Source: Syntrophales bacterium (GTDB lineage Bacteria; Desulfobacterota; Syntrophia; Syntrophales; UBA6807). From it: DNA of 64,000 nucleotides. A model generated the notes under the pieces. That model saw only the letters and a program-made list of their open reading frames with translations, was not told the DNA's origin and searched no databases. This document shows, piece by piece, positions 28,981 to 39,226 of this stretch. The position numbers were made by a program, and so were the translations under genes. The DNA lies in contig JAXGPA010000003.1 of NCBI GenBank assembly GCA_040767195.1, forward strand, positions 192,001 to 256,000. Reading direction: 5' to 3'. Within the stretch, counting starts at the first letter, position 1. Each line of letters begins with the position of its first letter.

Positions 28981-29030
28981 CGCTTTAGCACATTTTTATA
29001 GCGGAGCAATTTGCTGATCAAATCACCGCT
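28981..29030 (-). promoter_or_regulatory. SAM-II/SAM-V-like riboswitch aptamer
   Basis: AGCGG-UGAUUUG...UUGC-U-CCGCU-AUAAAAAUGU-GCUAAA: P1 plus the UGAUUU/UUGC/GCUAAA motifs of SAM-II, directly upstream of metK. Confidence 0.75.
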
Positions 29031-29120
29031 TCGCCTGAAAAGCCTATAAACCAAACCCTGCGGAAAAGCAACAGGATTTTGAGCCCACCACCGGCCTTTC
29101 CGCCGCGAGACGTTACGGGG

Positions 29121-30530
29121 TTACAGAAACGGCGTGTCGACAGGCGATAACATCCGGACTGAAACAAGCCTTTCGAGAAGGGACCCTTTTTTCGTTCCTT
29201 TCCCGAGGGTAAGATCGGAAAGAACCACACGGCCGGTCACCCGAACGCGATCCCCGCCCCAGGTTCTTTCCCGGTAGCCCCACAGGGCATGGACGGCGTA
29301 AGGAACGCCGTCGACATGACCGGTATAAAGAAGGATGTGTCCCTTCATGTACAGGAGCGTAAGCCCCCCCAGGGCACGTTCCGCCAGGATCGCGATTTTG
29401 CGTTCCGCCGGGGTGCCCCCGTCGAACCTGTCCAGGAGAAGGCCCGCCTCGGCCTGTTTCGATGAATTCCGGGGAAGGCGGACGCCCGCCGTGGCAAAGA
29501 CCTCCTGGACGAAACGGGAGCAATCCTGTTCTCCGTTCCGCCCTCCCCAGCCGTAAGGAGCGTTCACAAGCCGAAAGGCCTGTTCCAGCATATGTCGTCC
29601 CGTCAGGGCCAGGAACCCGCGATGGACTTCCGCCTCCGATGCATAGGCCTTTTCGATGCAAAGGCTCCCGTCTTCCCGCCGGAAAGGCAGAAGAAGAACG
29701 ACCCCGTCACCGTTCCCGCCGTCGTCTCCGGCGAGGGGAAAGGAAACACCCATGCGGGCGTGATCGTGATGAACCGTCCGTTTCGGGTCCCGGTAGAGAT
29801 CGCCTTTCGGGGAGATGACGACGGCTCTTTTTTCAGGACGGAGAAATCTCTCCAGGTCTTCCCGGGAAGCCGGTGCGACCCTGTTATTTTCCACCCAGCC
29901 GCGGTAAAGGGGATCGAAAACGTACACCCAGGCCTGGTCGCGGCTTTCATGGAGGATCCGGAGAGGGGTCCCGATGTCCAGGGCGCTTGTCTGCACCGCG
30001 TCGAAGTCCCGGTCGCCCCGTGTCCCGTAGAGGGACTCCGCCGTGGGGAAAACCCGCTGGTCGGCATAACGGGTGACCAGGGCAAAACGGGGCGGGACCC
30101 GGGGGGGAATATTCTCGAGGTTCATGTTCCCGTAAAGAGACTCAAAAAAATCAGCCCCCACCGCCAGGCCGTCCTTGTCGTAGCAGGCCGGCCCGGTGAA
30201 GTTCCTCATGTCTTCATCGAGGAGGGAACGGATTTCCTCTTGTGACATACTTTGATCGGAAGCGAGCATGTCCCGGGTCAGGCCGAGTTCCGCCTCAAGG
30301 TATCCGTTCAGTTTTTCGATTTGTCCCGGGTCCAGAAAGACCCGGTCCGGGTCGGGGTGGCGACCGATCCAGAAACCGGCGGTTTTCATCATCCGGTTCG
30401 TTCCGGGAAGAAGGGACGGCGCCGCCTGGTACCGTTTCTCCACCGGGACGCAACAGCCCCCGAAACAGAGAAGAAACAGAAAGATAATGACGGGAAGCTT
30501 CCGGGTCTTCAGAAAGGCCACAGGCAGCAC
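29121..30530 (-). CDS. NlpC/P60 cell-wall peptidase lipoprotein with SH3-like domains
   Basis: Lipobox-like FGGC; PYGWGG...DCSRFV, LPRNSSKQ, GHILLY; start taken at GTG with GGAG RBS. Confidence 0.82.
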   Translation of the reverse strand: MLPVAFLKTRKLPVIIFLFLLCFGGCCVPVEKRYQAAPSLLPGTNRMMKTAGFWIGRHPDPDRVFLDPGQIEKLNGYLEAELGLTRDMLASDQSMSQEEIRSLLDEDMRNFTGPACYDKDGLAVGADFFESLYGNMNLENIPPRVPPRFALVTRYADQRVFPTAESLYGTRGDRDFDAVQTSALDIGTPLRILHESRDQAWVYVFDPLYRGWVENNRVAPASREDLERFLRPEKRAVVISPKGDLYRDPKRTVHHDHARMGVSFPLAGDDGGNGDGVVLLLPFRREDGSLCIEKAYASEAEVHRGFLALTGRHMLEQAFRLVNAPYGWGGRNGEQDCSRFVQEVFATAGVRLPRNSSKQAEAGLLLDRFDGGTPAERKIAILAERALGGLTLLYMKGHILLYTGHVDGVPYAVHALWGYRERTWGGDRVRVTGRVVLSDLTLGKGTKKGSLLERLVSVRMLSPVDTPFL

Positions 30531-31153
30531 CCTTTCTCCCTGACGAATTGGGCCTCGCAGGAAGCGAGCTGATTTTCGTACATCTTCTTTCTCGTCAGGA
30601 CCTTGCCCGCCACGGCCAGAAGCCATTGCTTGGAGCGGTGCGTTTTCCTGGAATAGCCTCCCCACCCCTCGTGGTAGGCCAGGTAGAGGTTGTAGACGTC
30701 TCCCTTGTCGATGCCGCACCGGGCGTGACTCGTGGCGCAGTACCACCCGATGAAGTCGGCGGCGTCGGCGAAATCGTTCCTGTCCGCCCCGGTGTTGCCC
30801 GTGGCTTCCCGGTAGACGTTCCACGTGTCGTCGAGGGCCTGGGCGTAACCGTAAGCCGACGAGGGCCGGGGGCCGGGTATGATGAAAAGACAGGTTGTCC
30901 TTGGCGGCTTCGCCTCGGCGTCAAACTTGGATTCCTGGTGCATGATGGCCATGATGACCGGAATGGAAACCCCCCAGCGGTCCCGGGCCCGGGCGGCTCC
31001 CTCGTACCAGTTCTCGTTTTCGGTGAATATGTCACAAAGGTTGTCCGGGTTTCCGGAAACACGGCCGGCGGTGTGGCAGCAGCCGGCGAGCACGATCCAG
31101 GACAGGATGAAAGCGCCTGCAATAAGAAACCATCGGTGCTTCCGCTCTCTCAT
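30509..31153 (-). CDS. Lytic transglycosylase-like (SLT) lipoprotein
   Basis: Lipobox LAGC; AIMHQESKF, SSAYGYAQALDDTW, YLAYHEG. Confidence 0.78.
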   Translation of the reverse strand: MRERKHRWFLIAGAFILSWIVLAGCCHTAGRVSGNPDNLCDIFTENENWYEGAARARDRWGVSIPVIMAIMHQESKFDAEAKPPRTTCLFIIPGPRPSSAYGYAQALDDTWNVYREATGNTGADRNDFADAADFIGWYCATSHARCGIDKGDVYNLYLAYHEGWGGYSRKTHRSKQWLLAVAGKVLTRKKMYENQLASCEAQFVREKGCCLWPF

Positions 31154-31175
31154 GACCCTCCCTGAAAGCCCGCCT

Positions 31176-32387
31176 TCACTTCCTGCTTTTTCCGGGCCCA
31201 CGAAGCTTCCGCTGGAGCAGATCACCCAGTGTACCGAGAGAGCCGCCCTGAACGGACACCGGGGAAAGGTAGTCCCCCCCATCCTGTTCTCCCGGAAGAC
31301 TTTCCTCCGCCGGCACGAGGGATATCTGCCTGCCGTCACGGTCCAGCCTTTCGATCCGAAGATCAAGAATCTGGCCCTTGTTCAGAACATCCCCGGGATG
31401 CTTTATTTTCTTTCCTTCGCCCAGGCGGGAGATGTGGAGAAGCCCCTCGATCCCCGGTTCCAGTTCCACGAAGGCGCCGAACCGGGCGAGACGGACCACT
31501 TTTCCCCGACACGGAGACCCTTCGGTGTAGCGCTGTTCCACGGTAAACCACGGGTCCGGCTGGATTTTCCGGAGACTCAGGGAAAGACGGTCCTTTTCGC
31601 GGTCCAGTTTCAGCACCTGAAGCTCCAGTTCCTGTCCTACGGTGAGCACATCACGGATGTCCTCCACGTGACCCCAGGAGATTTCCGATATGGGCAGCAG
31701 GCCCTCCACACCGCCGAGATCGACGAAAGCCCCGTATTTTTGAAAAGAAACGATCCGGCCCCGGACGGTCATTCCCTCTTCCAGGGCATTCATGAACGCT
31801 TCCTTTTTCTCTTTTCTCTCCGCCTCCAGGAGGGGTCTCCGGCTGACGACGATATTTCTTCCTTTGCCGTCGAATTCGATGAGCAGAAAAAGGTGTTTTT
31901 CACCGACAAGAGAAGCCGGGTCTCCGATACGCTCCAGGGACATCTGGGAAAAGGGGCAAAAGGCCCTGAAGGTCCCCGCTATTCTCACGGAAAACCCCCC
32001 CTTGACTTCCTCTTCCACGAGACCCTCCACGGGAATACGGCTTCTCCAGGCTTCCTCGAGGTGGGCCTTTCCCGCCGCCGTTTTGCCGATCCGGGTGGTA
32101 AACTTTTTCTCGTTGTGGGCCGAAGACAGGAAATAGGCCTCGACGGTGTCCCCCTCCCGGATCCCGATGCCACCGTCCTCGCCGACAAATTCCGACCGGT
32201 CGATAATGCCTTCCGTTTTTCCTCCGAGATCGACAAAGACCCACTCGGGGCTTATTTTTACGATCCGAACGGCATGCTTCTCGCCGGGCCGGAACCGTCG
32301 CTGCCCCTCGGCCAGGCTCTGTTCCAGCAATTCACGAAAATCCGCCTCTTTCCGCTCGCCTTTTTCTGTGTCGTTCATTTCCTTCAT
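31176..32387 (-). CDS. Ribosomal protein S1-like protein (four S1 domains)
   Basis: Repeated S1 motifs VFVDLGGK, AFCPFSQ, YGAFVDLGGVEGLLPISE, FGAFVELEPGIEGLLHIS. Confidence 0.85.
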   Translation of the reverse strand: MKEMNDTEKGERKEADFRELLEQSLAEGQRRFRPGEKHAVRIVKISPEWVFVDLGGKTEGIIDRSEFVGEDGGIGIREGDTVEAYFLSSAHNEKKFTTRIGKTAAGKAHLEEAWRSRIPVEGLVEEEVKGGFSVRIAGTFRAFCPFSQMSLERIGDPASLVGEKHLFLLIEFDGKGRNIVVSRRPLLEAERKEKKEAFMNALEEGMTVRGRIVSFQKYGAFVDLGGVEGLLPISEISWGHVEDIRDVLTVGQELELQVLKLDREKDRLSLSLRKIQPDPWFTVEQRYTEGSPCRGKVVRLARFGAFVELEPGIEGLLHISRLGEGKKIKHPGDVLNKGQILDLRIERLDRDGRQISLVPAEESLPGEQDGGDYLSPVSVQGGSLGTLGDLLQRKLRGPGKSRK

Positions 32388-32421
32388 AGGGGACACCCGA
32401 AATTAAAAAATTCTCCTTTCC

Positions 32422-32607
32422 TCAATGCCTGAAAAAGAAATCAATAAAGGGATCATCGAATCTTTTTTCCATTTTTCTCACGCGGTAACCGAATGACACG
32501 GCGCCGATGCCGATGAAAACCAGGACGGCGGCGACGATGATGGATAGAAGATGGGGAAACAGGGCGATGAGAATCCCCGCCACGATAAAGCCTATGCCGA
32601 CGGCCAT
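32422..32607 (-). CDS. Small membrane protein (61 aa)
   Basis: GGAGG RBS; MAVGIGFIVAGILIALFPHLLSIIVAAVLVFIG, two TM helices. Confidence 0.7.
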   Translation of the reverse strand: MAVGIGFIVAGILIALFPHLLSIIVAAVLVFIGIGAVSFGYRVRKMEKRFDDPFIDFFFRH

Positions 32608-32669
32608 AAGGCACCTCCCGTTTCTTTTCTTTTTTTGCCGGTTACGATACGCTCTTCCCGAAACTTCTT

Positions 32670-33473
32670 TCAGTGGAACCGCCGATCCATGGCGGCCCCG
32701 TATGGCCGCCACTCGTAGCAGGACCGGAGGTCGAGATAGGAAGCCCACAGGTCCACGAGCCGGATGTCTCCTTCGTGGTTGTCTTCCCCGCGATTCTCCA
32801 GGGTTATTTTCACGAGCCCCTCCCCCTTTTCCCGGTACAGGGTCCCCGTGTAGGGGTTGACGTAGTTCACGCCGAAAAGGTCCCCCATGAGCCGGAAATA
32901 GGCGTAGTTCATGAGATGGGACGCGTCGAATATTTTTTGCGGAGTGACTTTCCGGATCCTGTCGGAGAGAGAGAGGACCGCCGTTTCCCGCTGCTCCAGA
33001 ATGGCCTTCATCTGGACAGGGCGAAATTCCGGGAACCGCTCGTAGAGCCATGACTCCACGGCGATGTCGGTGGGCATGCGGGTCACTTGAAACACGATCC
33101 CGTCATACCAGACGATGATGAGCTGCCTTACCTTCTCGGTCCCGAGGGTCAGAGCGATTTCTTCTATTTCGTTCTTCATCTCCTCGAGAAACTGGATCAT
33201 GGTCTGCTGATTGGCCACGGGAACCCGGCGCGACTCGTCCCGGGCGCAAAGCATCCTGAGCAGATGACCGCACTCGTTGGCGATGATGTGATTGGCCACG
33301 GGACCGGCCCCCCTGCGATAGGAGAGCACATGGGCGGGGCGGCCTTCCGCGGCGACAGCCAGGTTCGCCGCTACGGGAAGGTGTTCGTTTTCCCGGTACT
33401 CTACCGGTTTGCCCGTCAGGGATTCCAGTTCCGCGAGCAAGGATTTCACGGTATCTAAAAGAAGCATCCCCAT
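32670..33473 (-). CDS. Hypothetical protein (degenerate HExxH-like motif NECGH)
   Basis: 267-aa ORF filling the gap co-directionally with its neighbours. Confidence 0.7.
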   Translation of the reverse strand: MGMLLLDTVKSLLAELESLTGKPVEYRENEHLPVAANLAVAAEGRPAHVLSYRRGAGPVANHIIANECGHLLRMLCARDESRRVPVANQQTMIQFLEEMKNEIEEIALTLGTEKVRQLIIVWYDGIVFQVTRMPTDIAVESWLYERFPEFRPVQMKAILEQRETAVLSLSDRIRKVTPQKIFDASHLMNYAYFRLMGDLFGVNYVNPYTGTLYREKGEGLVKITLENRGEDNHEGDIRLVDLWASYLDLRSCYEWRPYGAAMDRRFH

Positions 33474-33493
33474 GACATGTTTATCTATAATTC

Positions 33494-34687
33494 TTATGCC
33501 AGCCGGGAGACAGCCGACCGGATCCGCTTCGCCCCTTCCTCGATGTTTTTCATCGACGTGGCGTAGGAAAGGCGGATATACCGGTCATCGCCGAAAGCCG
33601 AACCGGGAACGACGGCCACATCGGCCTCGTCGAGAAGAAAAGCGGCGAGGTCGAGAGAATTCCCGATGACCCGCTCTCCCCTTCTTCTACCGTAAAGACT
33701 CGCCACGTTGGGAAAAACATAAAAGGCCCCTTCGGGCTTCCGGCAGACCACACCGGGGATGTCGTTGAGGGCGGAAACGATAAAATCACGGCGCTTCCTG
33801 AATTCAATTACCATCTTCTCTGTGGGTTCCTGGGTCTCCCTGAGGGCCGCCACGGAGGCCTTCTGGGAGATGGACGTGGGGTTCGAGGTGTTCTGGCTCT
33901 GGATGTTCGATACGGCGGTGATGACCTGTTCCGGCCCGGCGGCGTAGCCGATCCGCCACCCTGTCATGGCATAGGCCTTTGAAACGCCGTTTACCACGAT
34001 CGTCCGGGCCTTCATGTCCTCTCCCGTGTTGGCCATGTTGGAAAAAACGAACCCGTCGTAAAGGACTTTTTCATAAATGTCGTCGGAAATGACAAGAATG
34101 TCCGTTTCCCCGAGGATATCCCCCAGGGCTTTCAGTTCTTCCCGGGTGTAGGTCGTCCCCGTGGGGTTGGAGGGGCTGTTCACGATAACCGCTCGCGTGG
34201 ACGGCGTGATGGCCCGTCTCAAGGCTTGCGGCGTCATCTTGAAACCGTCCTCTTCCCGGGTTTGGAGAATGACGGGAACGGCGTCTGCCAGGACGATGAT
34301 GTCGGGGTAGGACACCCAGAAGGGCGCCGGCACGATGACCTCGTCCCCTTCCTCGAAGAGGGCCTGGGCCAGGTTGTAGAGGGTGTGTTTCGCGCCGCAG
34401 GAAACGACGATGTTCGACCGCCCGTAAGTAAGGCCGTTCTCCCTCTCCAGTTTTCCGGCGATGGCGTCTTTCAGCTCGTCGGTCCCCCCGACGGGCGTGT
34501 ACTTGGTGAAGCCCTCCTCAATGGCCCGAATCCCGGCATTCTTGATGTGGTCCGGCGTGTCGAAATCCGGTTCCCCGGCCCCGAAGCCGATGATGTCCCT
34601 TCCCTGGGCCCTCAGGGCGTTGGCTTTCGCCGTGATGGCCAGGGTGGGAGACGGTTTGATGCGATGGACCCGAGTGGCGAGTTTCAT
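33494..34687 (-). CDS. Aspartate aminotransferase (PLP class I)
   Basis: GAGEPDFDTP, NSPSNPTG, SDDIYE, GVSKAYAMTGWRIGY. Confidence 0.92.
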   Translation of the reverse strand: MKLATRVHRIKPSPTLAITAKANALRAQGRDIIGFGAGEPDFDTPDHIKNAGIRAIEEGFTKYTPVGGTDELKDAIAGKLERENGLTYGRSNIVVSCGAKHTLYNLAQALFEEGDEVIVPAPFWVSYPDIIVLADAVPVILQTREEDGFKMTPQALRRAITPSTRAVIVNSPSNPTGTTYTREELKALGDILGETDILVISDDIYEKVLYDGFVFSNMANTGEDMKARTIVVNGVSKAYAMTGWRIGYAAGPEQVITAVSNIQSQNTSNPTSISQKASVAALRETQEPTEKMVIEFRKRRDFIVSALNDIPGVVCRKPEGAFYVFPNVASLYGRRRGERVIGNSLDLAAFLLDEADVAVVPGSAFGDDRYIRLSYATSMKNIEEGAKRIRSAVSRLA

Positions 34688-34716
34688 GGACGCTGTTCCT
34701 TTCTCCAGGCGTTGCC

Positions 34717-35211
34717 TTATTTCATGCCGGGAAGCTTTTCCCGCAATTTCTGAAGAACCGAATCCGGCACCAGCCCGCGGACGGATCCGCCGAAGCCCGC
34801 CGCTTCCTTCACGATGCTCGAATTGCAGTAAAACCACCGGGACCCCGTCATGAGGAAGATGGTCTCGATACCCCGATCGAGGCGCCGGTTCATGAGGGCC
34901 ATCTGGAATTCGTACTCGAAATCGGACATGGCCCGGAGACCCCGAAGAATGGCGCAGGCCCCGGCCTTCCGGACGTATTCCACGATCAGCCCCGAGTCGT
35001 GATCCACAGAAATCCGGTCATTGTCGCCAATGACTTCCCGGATCAGGCTGACCCTCTCTTCGACGGTAAAAAGAGATTTCTTCACGGGATTGTAGGACAC
35101 CAGAATGATGAGTCTGTCGAAGACCCGCAACCCCCGGTTGATGATGTCGATGTGACCGTTGGTAATGGGGTCGAAAGAACCGGGATAGACGGCTGTTTTT
35201 TCCATGATCAC
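34717..35211 (-). CDS. coaD: Phosphopantetheine adenylyltransferase
   Basis: YPGSFDPITNGHIDII, RGLRAMSDFEYEFQMA. Confidence 0.96.
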   Translation of the reverse strand: MIMEKTAVYPGSFDPITNGHIDIINRGLRVFDRLIILVSYNPVKKSLFTVEERVSLIREVIGDNDRISVDHDSGLIVEYVRKAGACAILRGLRAMSDFEYEFQMALMNRRLDRGIETIFLMTGSRWFYCNSSIVKEAAGFGGSVRGLVPDSVLQKLREKLPGMK

Positions 35212-35351
35212 CTCTCCGATATTTTGTGCTCACTTACGCGGCAAAACATTCCTTCCGTCGGTCCGGCAAAGATCCGGGAGCCTGGAACCTGCACCCGTGT
35301 CCGTGACCTGAAATCAAAGGCATCGCATTCTGCAGGCTCTTGACAAGGCCG

Positions 35352-35906
35352 TCACCCCCTGTCGAGGGCGAAAAAAGAGAGCACCGTGTCCCCGTAGCGG
35401 CGCCTGTCCCGGAGAGCGAGGGATTCGTAGCGCTTTCCTGTTTCTTCCCGGATGGCGTGCTCGACGACGACGAGCCCTGTATCCTTGAGAACCTCCCCCC
35501 CTCCGAGAGCCTCGAGAGTCCCGGCAATGTGTCCTTTCTCATAAGGCGGGTCGGCGAACACGATGTCAAACCGGTCCCCTCTTTCTTGAAGAAACGGAAG
35601 CACCCGTTCAACCGGTCCCGTGATGACCTCGGACCGTTCCCCAAATCCCAGCGCCTCCAGGTTTTTCCCGATAAGGGTGACCCAAGCCGGCTCTTTTTCC
35701 ACGAGAACGGCCCGTTTTGCTCCCCGGCTCAGGGCTTCCAGGGAAACATTTCCCGTTCCGGCGAAAAGTTCAAGGAAAAAAATCCCCTCCATATCGGGAA
35801 GAAGATTGAAGAGGGATTCCTTGACCCGGTCCGAGGTGAGTCTCAGTTTTTTTTCCCGGGGAACCTGGATTTTTCGCCCTTTCGCCTCTCCCCTGATTAT
35901 TCTCAC
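35352..35906 (-). CDS. rsmD: 16S rRNA m2G966 methyltransferase
   Basis: MRIIRGEAKGR, DRVKESLFN, ELFAGTG, EALSRGA, DPPY; adjacent to coaD. Confidence 0.93.
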   Translation of the reverse strand: MRIIRGEAKGRKIQVPREKKLRLTSDRVKESLFNLLPDMEGIFFLELFAGTGNVSLEALSRGAKRAVLVEKEPAWVTLIGKNLEALGFGERSEVITGPVERVLPFLQERGDRFDIVFADPPYEKGHIAGTLEALGGGEVLKDTGLVVVEHAIREETGKRYESLALRDRRRYGDTVLSFFALDRG

Positions 35907-36020
35907 AGTTTTACCATCCTGGAGAAATAGGACAGTCGGAATATTCTGCCTCCCCTCCGGCCCGCCGTAACTATCATGGTGGTTTGCGTTTTTCTTTAGA
36001 GAATTTACGAAGTCGTCGTT

Positions 36021-36803
36021 TTAGTTACTTTTTACGAGTTCGTCAACCTTGCTCAATTCTTTTTTTTTCACCAGTTTTCTGAACAATTTCAGGACCAGCC
36101 ATCCCGGTCCGGAAACGCTGTATGCCACCGCGAGGGCGAAAAGGGTGATTCGCGGCTCGAGAATAATGACGGTGAAGCCGAGGATAATCCCGACAAGCGT
36201 CATGAAGGGCTTCTTCGAGAAGACGTTCAGGTCTTTGAAGCTGTAATACTTGACGTTGCTGACCATGAGCAGGGACAGGATGATCATGACGGGAATGAAT
36301 AAAGCCGAATCGAGCGTCGTCACGCCGATGAAATACCCGTGAAAGAGGACCGATGTGGCGACGACGATGGCGGCGGCGGGGATGGGCAGGCCGTTGAAGA
36401 CGCGGCTTTCGATGATCCCGATCTGAATATTGAACCGGGCCAGCCGAAGGGCCCCGCAGGCCACGAAAAGAAAGGCGGCCATCCAGCCGTAACGGCCGTA
36501 GGGAGACAGGGTCCACAGGTAGGCCAGCATGGCCGGCGCGACGCCGAAGGCGACGAGGTCCACCAGGGAATCGTACTCGCTCCCGAACTTGCTCGTCGTG
36601 TTGGTCATCCGGGCAATCCGCCCGTCGAGGCCGTCGAGGATCCAGGAGATCAGTATGGATACCGCCGCATGGCCGAACGCCCCCCGGGTGGCGGCGATAA
36701 TGGCGTAAAAGCCGCAGAAAAGGCTGGCCGTGGTAAAAAGGTTGGGGAGGATGTAGATCCCCTTTTTCATTCTTTCCCGCCTGAGCCTTTGCTTGTCGTT
36801 CAT
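36021..36803 (-). CDS. pssA: CDP-diacylglycerol--serine O-phosphatidyltransferase
   Basis: LPNLFT, DGLDGRIAR...FGSEYDSLVD, LRLARFN. Confidence 0.93.
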   Translation of the reverse strand: MNDKQRLRRERMKKGIYILPNLFTTASLFCGFYAIIAATRGAFGHAAVSILISWILDGLDGRIARMTNTTSKFGSEYDSLVDLVAFGVAPAMLAYLWTLSPYGRYGWMAAFLFVACGALRLARFNIQIGIIESRVFNGLPIPAAAIVVATSVLFHGYFIGVTTLDSALFIPVMIILSLLMVSNVKYYSFKDLNVFSKKPFMTLVGIILGFTVIILEPRITLFALAVAYSVSGPGWLVLKLFRKLVKKKELSKVDELVKSN

Positions 36804-37444
36804 GGCAGATACCCGATCACCGTTTCTCCCGCCCGGACACGGTCGCCTTTGTCGACGGCGACCCGCGTATCGGGCGGCATGAAAACCTCGAGGCGTGAGC
36901 CGAAACGGATGAGGCCGAACCGCTCACCCCTCTCCACGGCCATGCCCTCCTTCACCCAGCAGACGATCCTGCGGGCGATGAGCCCGGCGATCTGGGTGGT
37001 CATGATCTCCGTTCCGTCATGCCCCTCGACGAGAAGGGCGCTTCTCTCGTTGAGACTGGACGCCTTGTCCAGGTTCGCCGAGAGAAATTTCCCCGGGGTG
37101 TACCGTATCTTCCGGACCGTCCCCGACGTGGGGACCCGGTTCACGTGGACGTTGAAAATATTCATGAATATGCTGACTTTTTTGACTTTTCTATGGAGTA
37201 TCTCGTCCTCGACGAGTTCTTCCACTTTCAGCACTTTTCCGTCCGCCGGCGAAAGGATGGACTTTTCATCCCCCGGCGCCGTCCGGTCGGGGTTCCTGAA
37301 AAACCAGACAGTGAAAAGGAAAAGGAGGAAAAAAACCATCGATGTCCGGTAAAAATCGAGGAGAAGAAAAAGAAGAAGCAGGGCCGCCAGGGGGAGGATG
37401 ATAGGAAGCCCCTCAAGGGCGATCGGGCTGTTTTTATGGTTCAC
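36800..37444 (-). CDS. psd: Phosphatidylserine decarboxylase proenzyme
   Basis: FFRNPDR, SPADG, FNVHVNR, QIAGLIARRI, IRFGSR cleavage motif; GTG start. Confidence 0.92.
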   Translation of the reverse strand: MNHKNSPIALEGLPIILPLAALLLLFLLLDFYRTSMVFFLLFLFTVWFFRNPDRTAPGDEKSILSPADGKVLKVEELVEDEILHRKVKKVSIFMNIFNVHVNRVPTSGTVRKIRYTPGKFLSANLDKASSLNERSALLVEGHDGTEIMTTQIAGLIARRIVCWVKEGMAVERGERFGLIRFGSRLEVFMPPDTRVAVDKGDRVRAGETVIGYLP

Positions 37445-38150
37445 GGGAAGCTCCCTCCGCCGACTCCACGGCCTTTCTTTTTTCCGCCTCGGACAGGCGA
37501 AGATAATGAGGCACAAATGTCAGAATATTTAAGATATCATTCCCATGAAATTTTTTCAATCCGAGAAGGCCCACCGACGACGCCCGGACGAGGTGTCCCG
37601 ACGGGGCCGGAAAAACGGCTTTTCCACCCAGGAAGGACCGTATCCGGGATTCATAGCGGACGGCCCCGTCCCCGATGAAAAGGATCTCTCCTTTCAGCTT
37701 CCCGAGAAAAGCCTCCAGGGGCGTGACCCGCCCCGGCTCGATCTCGATAACCTCCCCGCCGTCCTCCAGCCGGAAGAGGGCCGCATAGACCTCCTCTTTC
37801 CGTGCGTCAAGCATGGGACACACGAGCCGCTCCCCGGGCCCGCCGTTCAACGCCAGGGCCTCAAGGGTGGAAACACCCGCCACGGGAACGCCCCAGGCCA
37901 TGGCGAGGCCCTTGACCACGCTGGCTCCTATCCGAAGGCCCGTAAAGGACCCGGGGCCCGTGGTGAGGGCGATGAGGCCCGTTTCAGCGGGTGAACGGCC
38001 CGCTGTCTGATAGAGGGTATCCACGGCGGGCAGAAGGGTTTCCCCGTGATGCCGGTCCAGGTTGATGAGGATTTCGAGGAGGGGAACCCCGCCGTCGAGG
38101 AGGGCCACGGCGGCCGATCTGGTTGCCGAGTCAATCGCTAATGTGATCAT
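37434..38150 (-). CDS. tsaB: tRNA threonylcarbamoyladenosine biosynthesis protein TsaB
   Basis: LAIDSAT, GPGSFTGLRIG, LDARKEEVY. Confidence 0.93.
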   Translation of the reverse strand: MITLAIDSATRSAAVALLDGGVPLLEILINLDRHHGETLLPAVDTLYQTAGRSPAETGLIALTTGPGSFTGLRIGASVVKGLAMAWGVPVAGVSTLEALALNGGPGERLVCPMLDARKEEVYAALFRLEDGGEVIEIEPGRVTPLEAFLGKLKGEILFIGDGAVRYESRIRSFLGGKAVFPAPSGHLVRASSVGLLGLKKFHGNDILNILTFVPHYLRLSEAEKRKAVESAEGASREP

Positions 38151-39217
38151 TCCGAGGGAGTTATTATCCTTACGATGTCATTGTAAAAGACGAAAATCAT
38201 GAGAAGAATGAGTATGAAGAAACCGATCTGCTGGGCCCGTTCACGCCAGCGGATGTTGACTTCCCTGCCCGTCACCAGTTCGATCCCGTAAAAGAAAAGA
38301 TGACCGCCGTCCAGGACGGGGATGGGCAGAAGATTCAGAACACCCAGGTTGATGCTCAGGATGGCCATGAAAAAGAGAAAAGGGAGAATGCCTTCCCGAA
38401 CCTGGGTCCCCGCCATCTGGGCGATGAGAATGGGCCCCCCGAGCGTCTTCGGCGACAGGACCCCTTCGATCATCTTTACGATGCTCAGCACAGTCAGTTT
38501 CGTCATGTTCCAGGTATAAACCAGGGACGACAGAAAGGCCCGTCCCGGGTTTTCCCGGCGGTCCACCGTTTCGGAGGACGCCATGATCCCGATTTTGTAG
38601 GAATCGATCTCCTCGCCGAAAATGTTCCGGCTTTTCATGATCTCCGGTTGCAGTGTCCACTGAAGGGTTTCACCGTCTCTTTCGATGACGATCTCGATTT
38701 CCTTTCCGCCGCTTCCCTGGACCGACGCGACGATATCGGACCAGAGGGAGACGGGCCGGCCGTTCATGGAAACGATGCGGTCACCTTCACGGATTCCCGC
38801 CTGAAAGGCGGGCGTTCCCTCCGGCACGCCGCCTACCCGGGAGGTTATCTCCGGTACACCGGCCATGAAAATAACGGTCAGAACGAGGATGGCAAAGAGA
38901 AAATTGAACAGGGGCCCGGCGGCGACAATGGCGATCCGTCTTGTCACCGGCTGCTTCTGAAAGGAGCGTTTTTCGTCTTCAGCGGAAATCTCTTCTTCGC
39001 CGGACTCCCCGAAAAGCTTCACGTAGCCGCCCAGGGGAATGGCGGAGACCCGGTATTCGGTCTCGCCGATCTGCCGGCCCACGAGCCGCGGCCCGAAACC
39101 GAGGGAGAACTTGAGGACCCCGACGCCGCACATCTTGGCGGCCAGAAAATGCCCCAGTTCGTGGACAAAAATGAGAATACCCAGCAGAATGATGACGGAA
39201 ATGATGTCGATGCCCAT
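38147..39217 (-). CDS. rseP: Intramembrane zinc metalloprotease RseP
   Basis: HELGH, PDZ domain, NLLPIPVLDGGH. Confidence 0.95.
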   Translation of the reverse strand: MGIDIISVIILLGILIFVHELGHFLAAKMCGVGVLKFSLGFGPRLVGRQIGETEYRVSAIPLGGYVKLFGESGEEEISAEDEKRSFQKQPVTRRIAIVAAGPLFNFLFAILVLTVIFMAGVPEITSRVGGVPEGTPAFQAGIREGDRIVSMNGRPVSLWSDIVASVQGSGGKEIEIVIERDGETLQWTLQPEIMKSRNIFGEEIDSYKIGIMASSETVDRRENPGRAFLSSLVYTWNMTKLTVLSIVKMIEGVLSPKTLGGPILIAQMAGTQVREGILPFLFFMAILSINLGVLNLLPIPVLDGGHLFFYGIELVTGREVNIRWRERAQQIGFFILILLMIFVFYNDIVRIITPSE

Positions 39218-39226
39218 GGGAACCCG

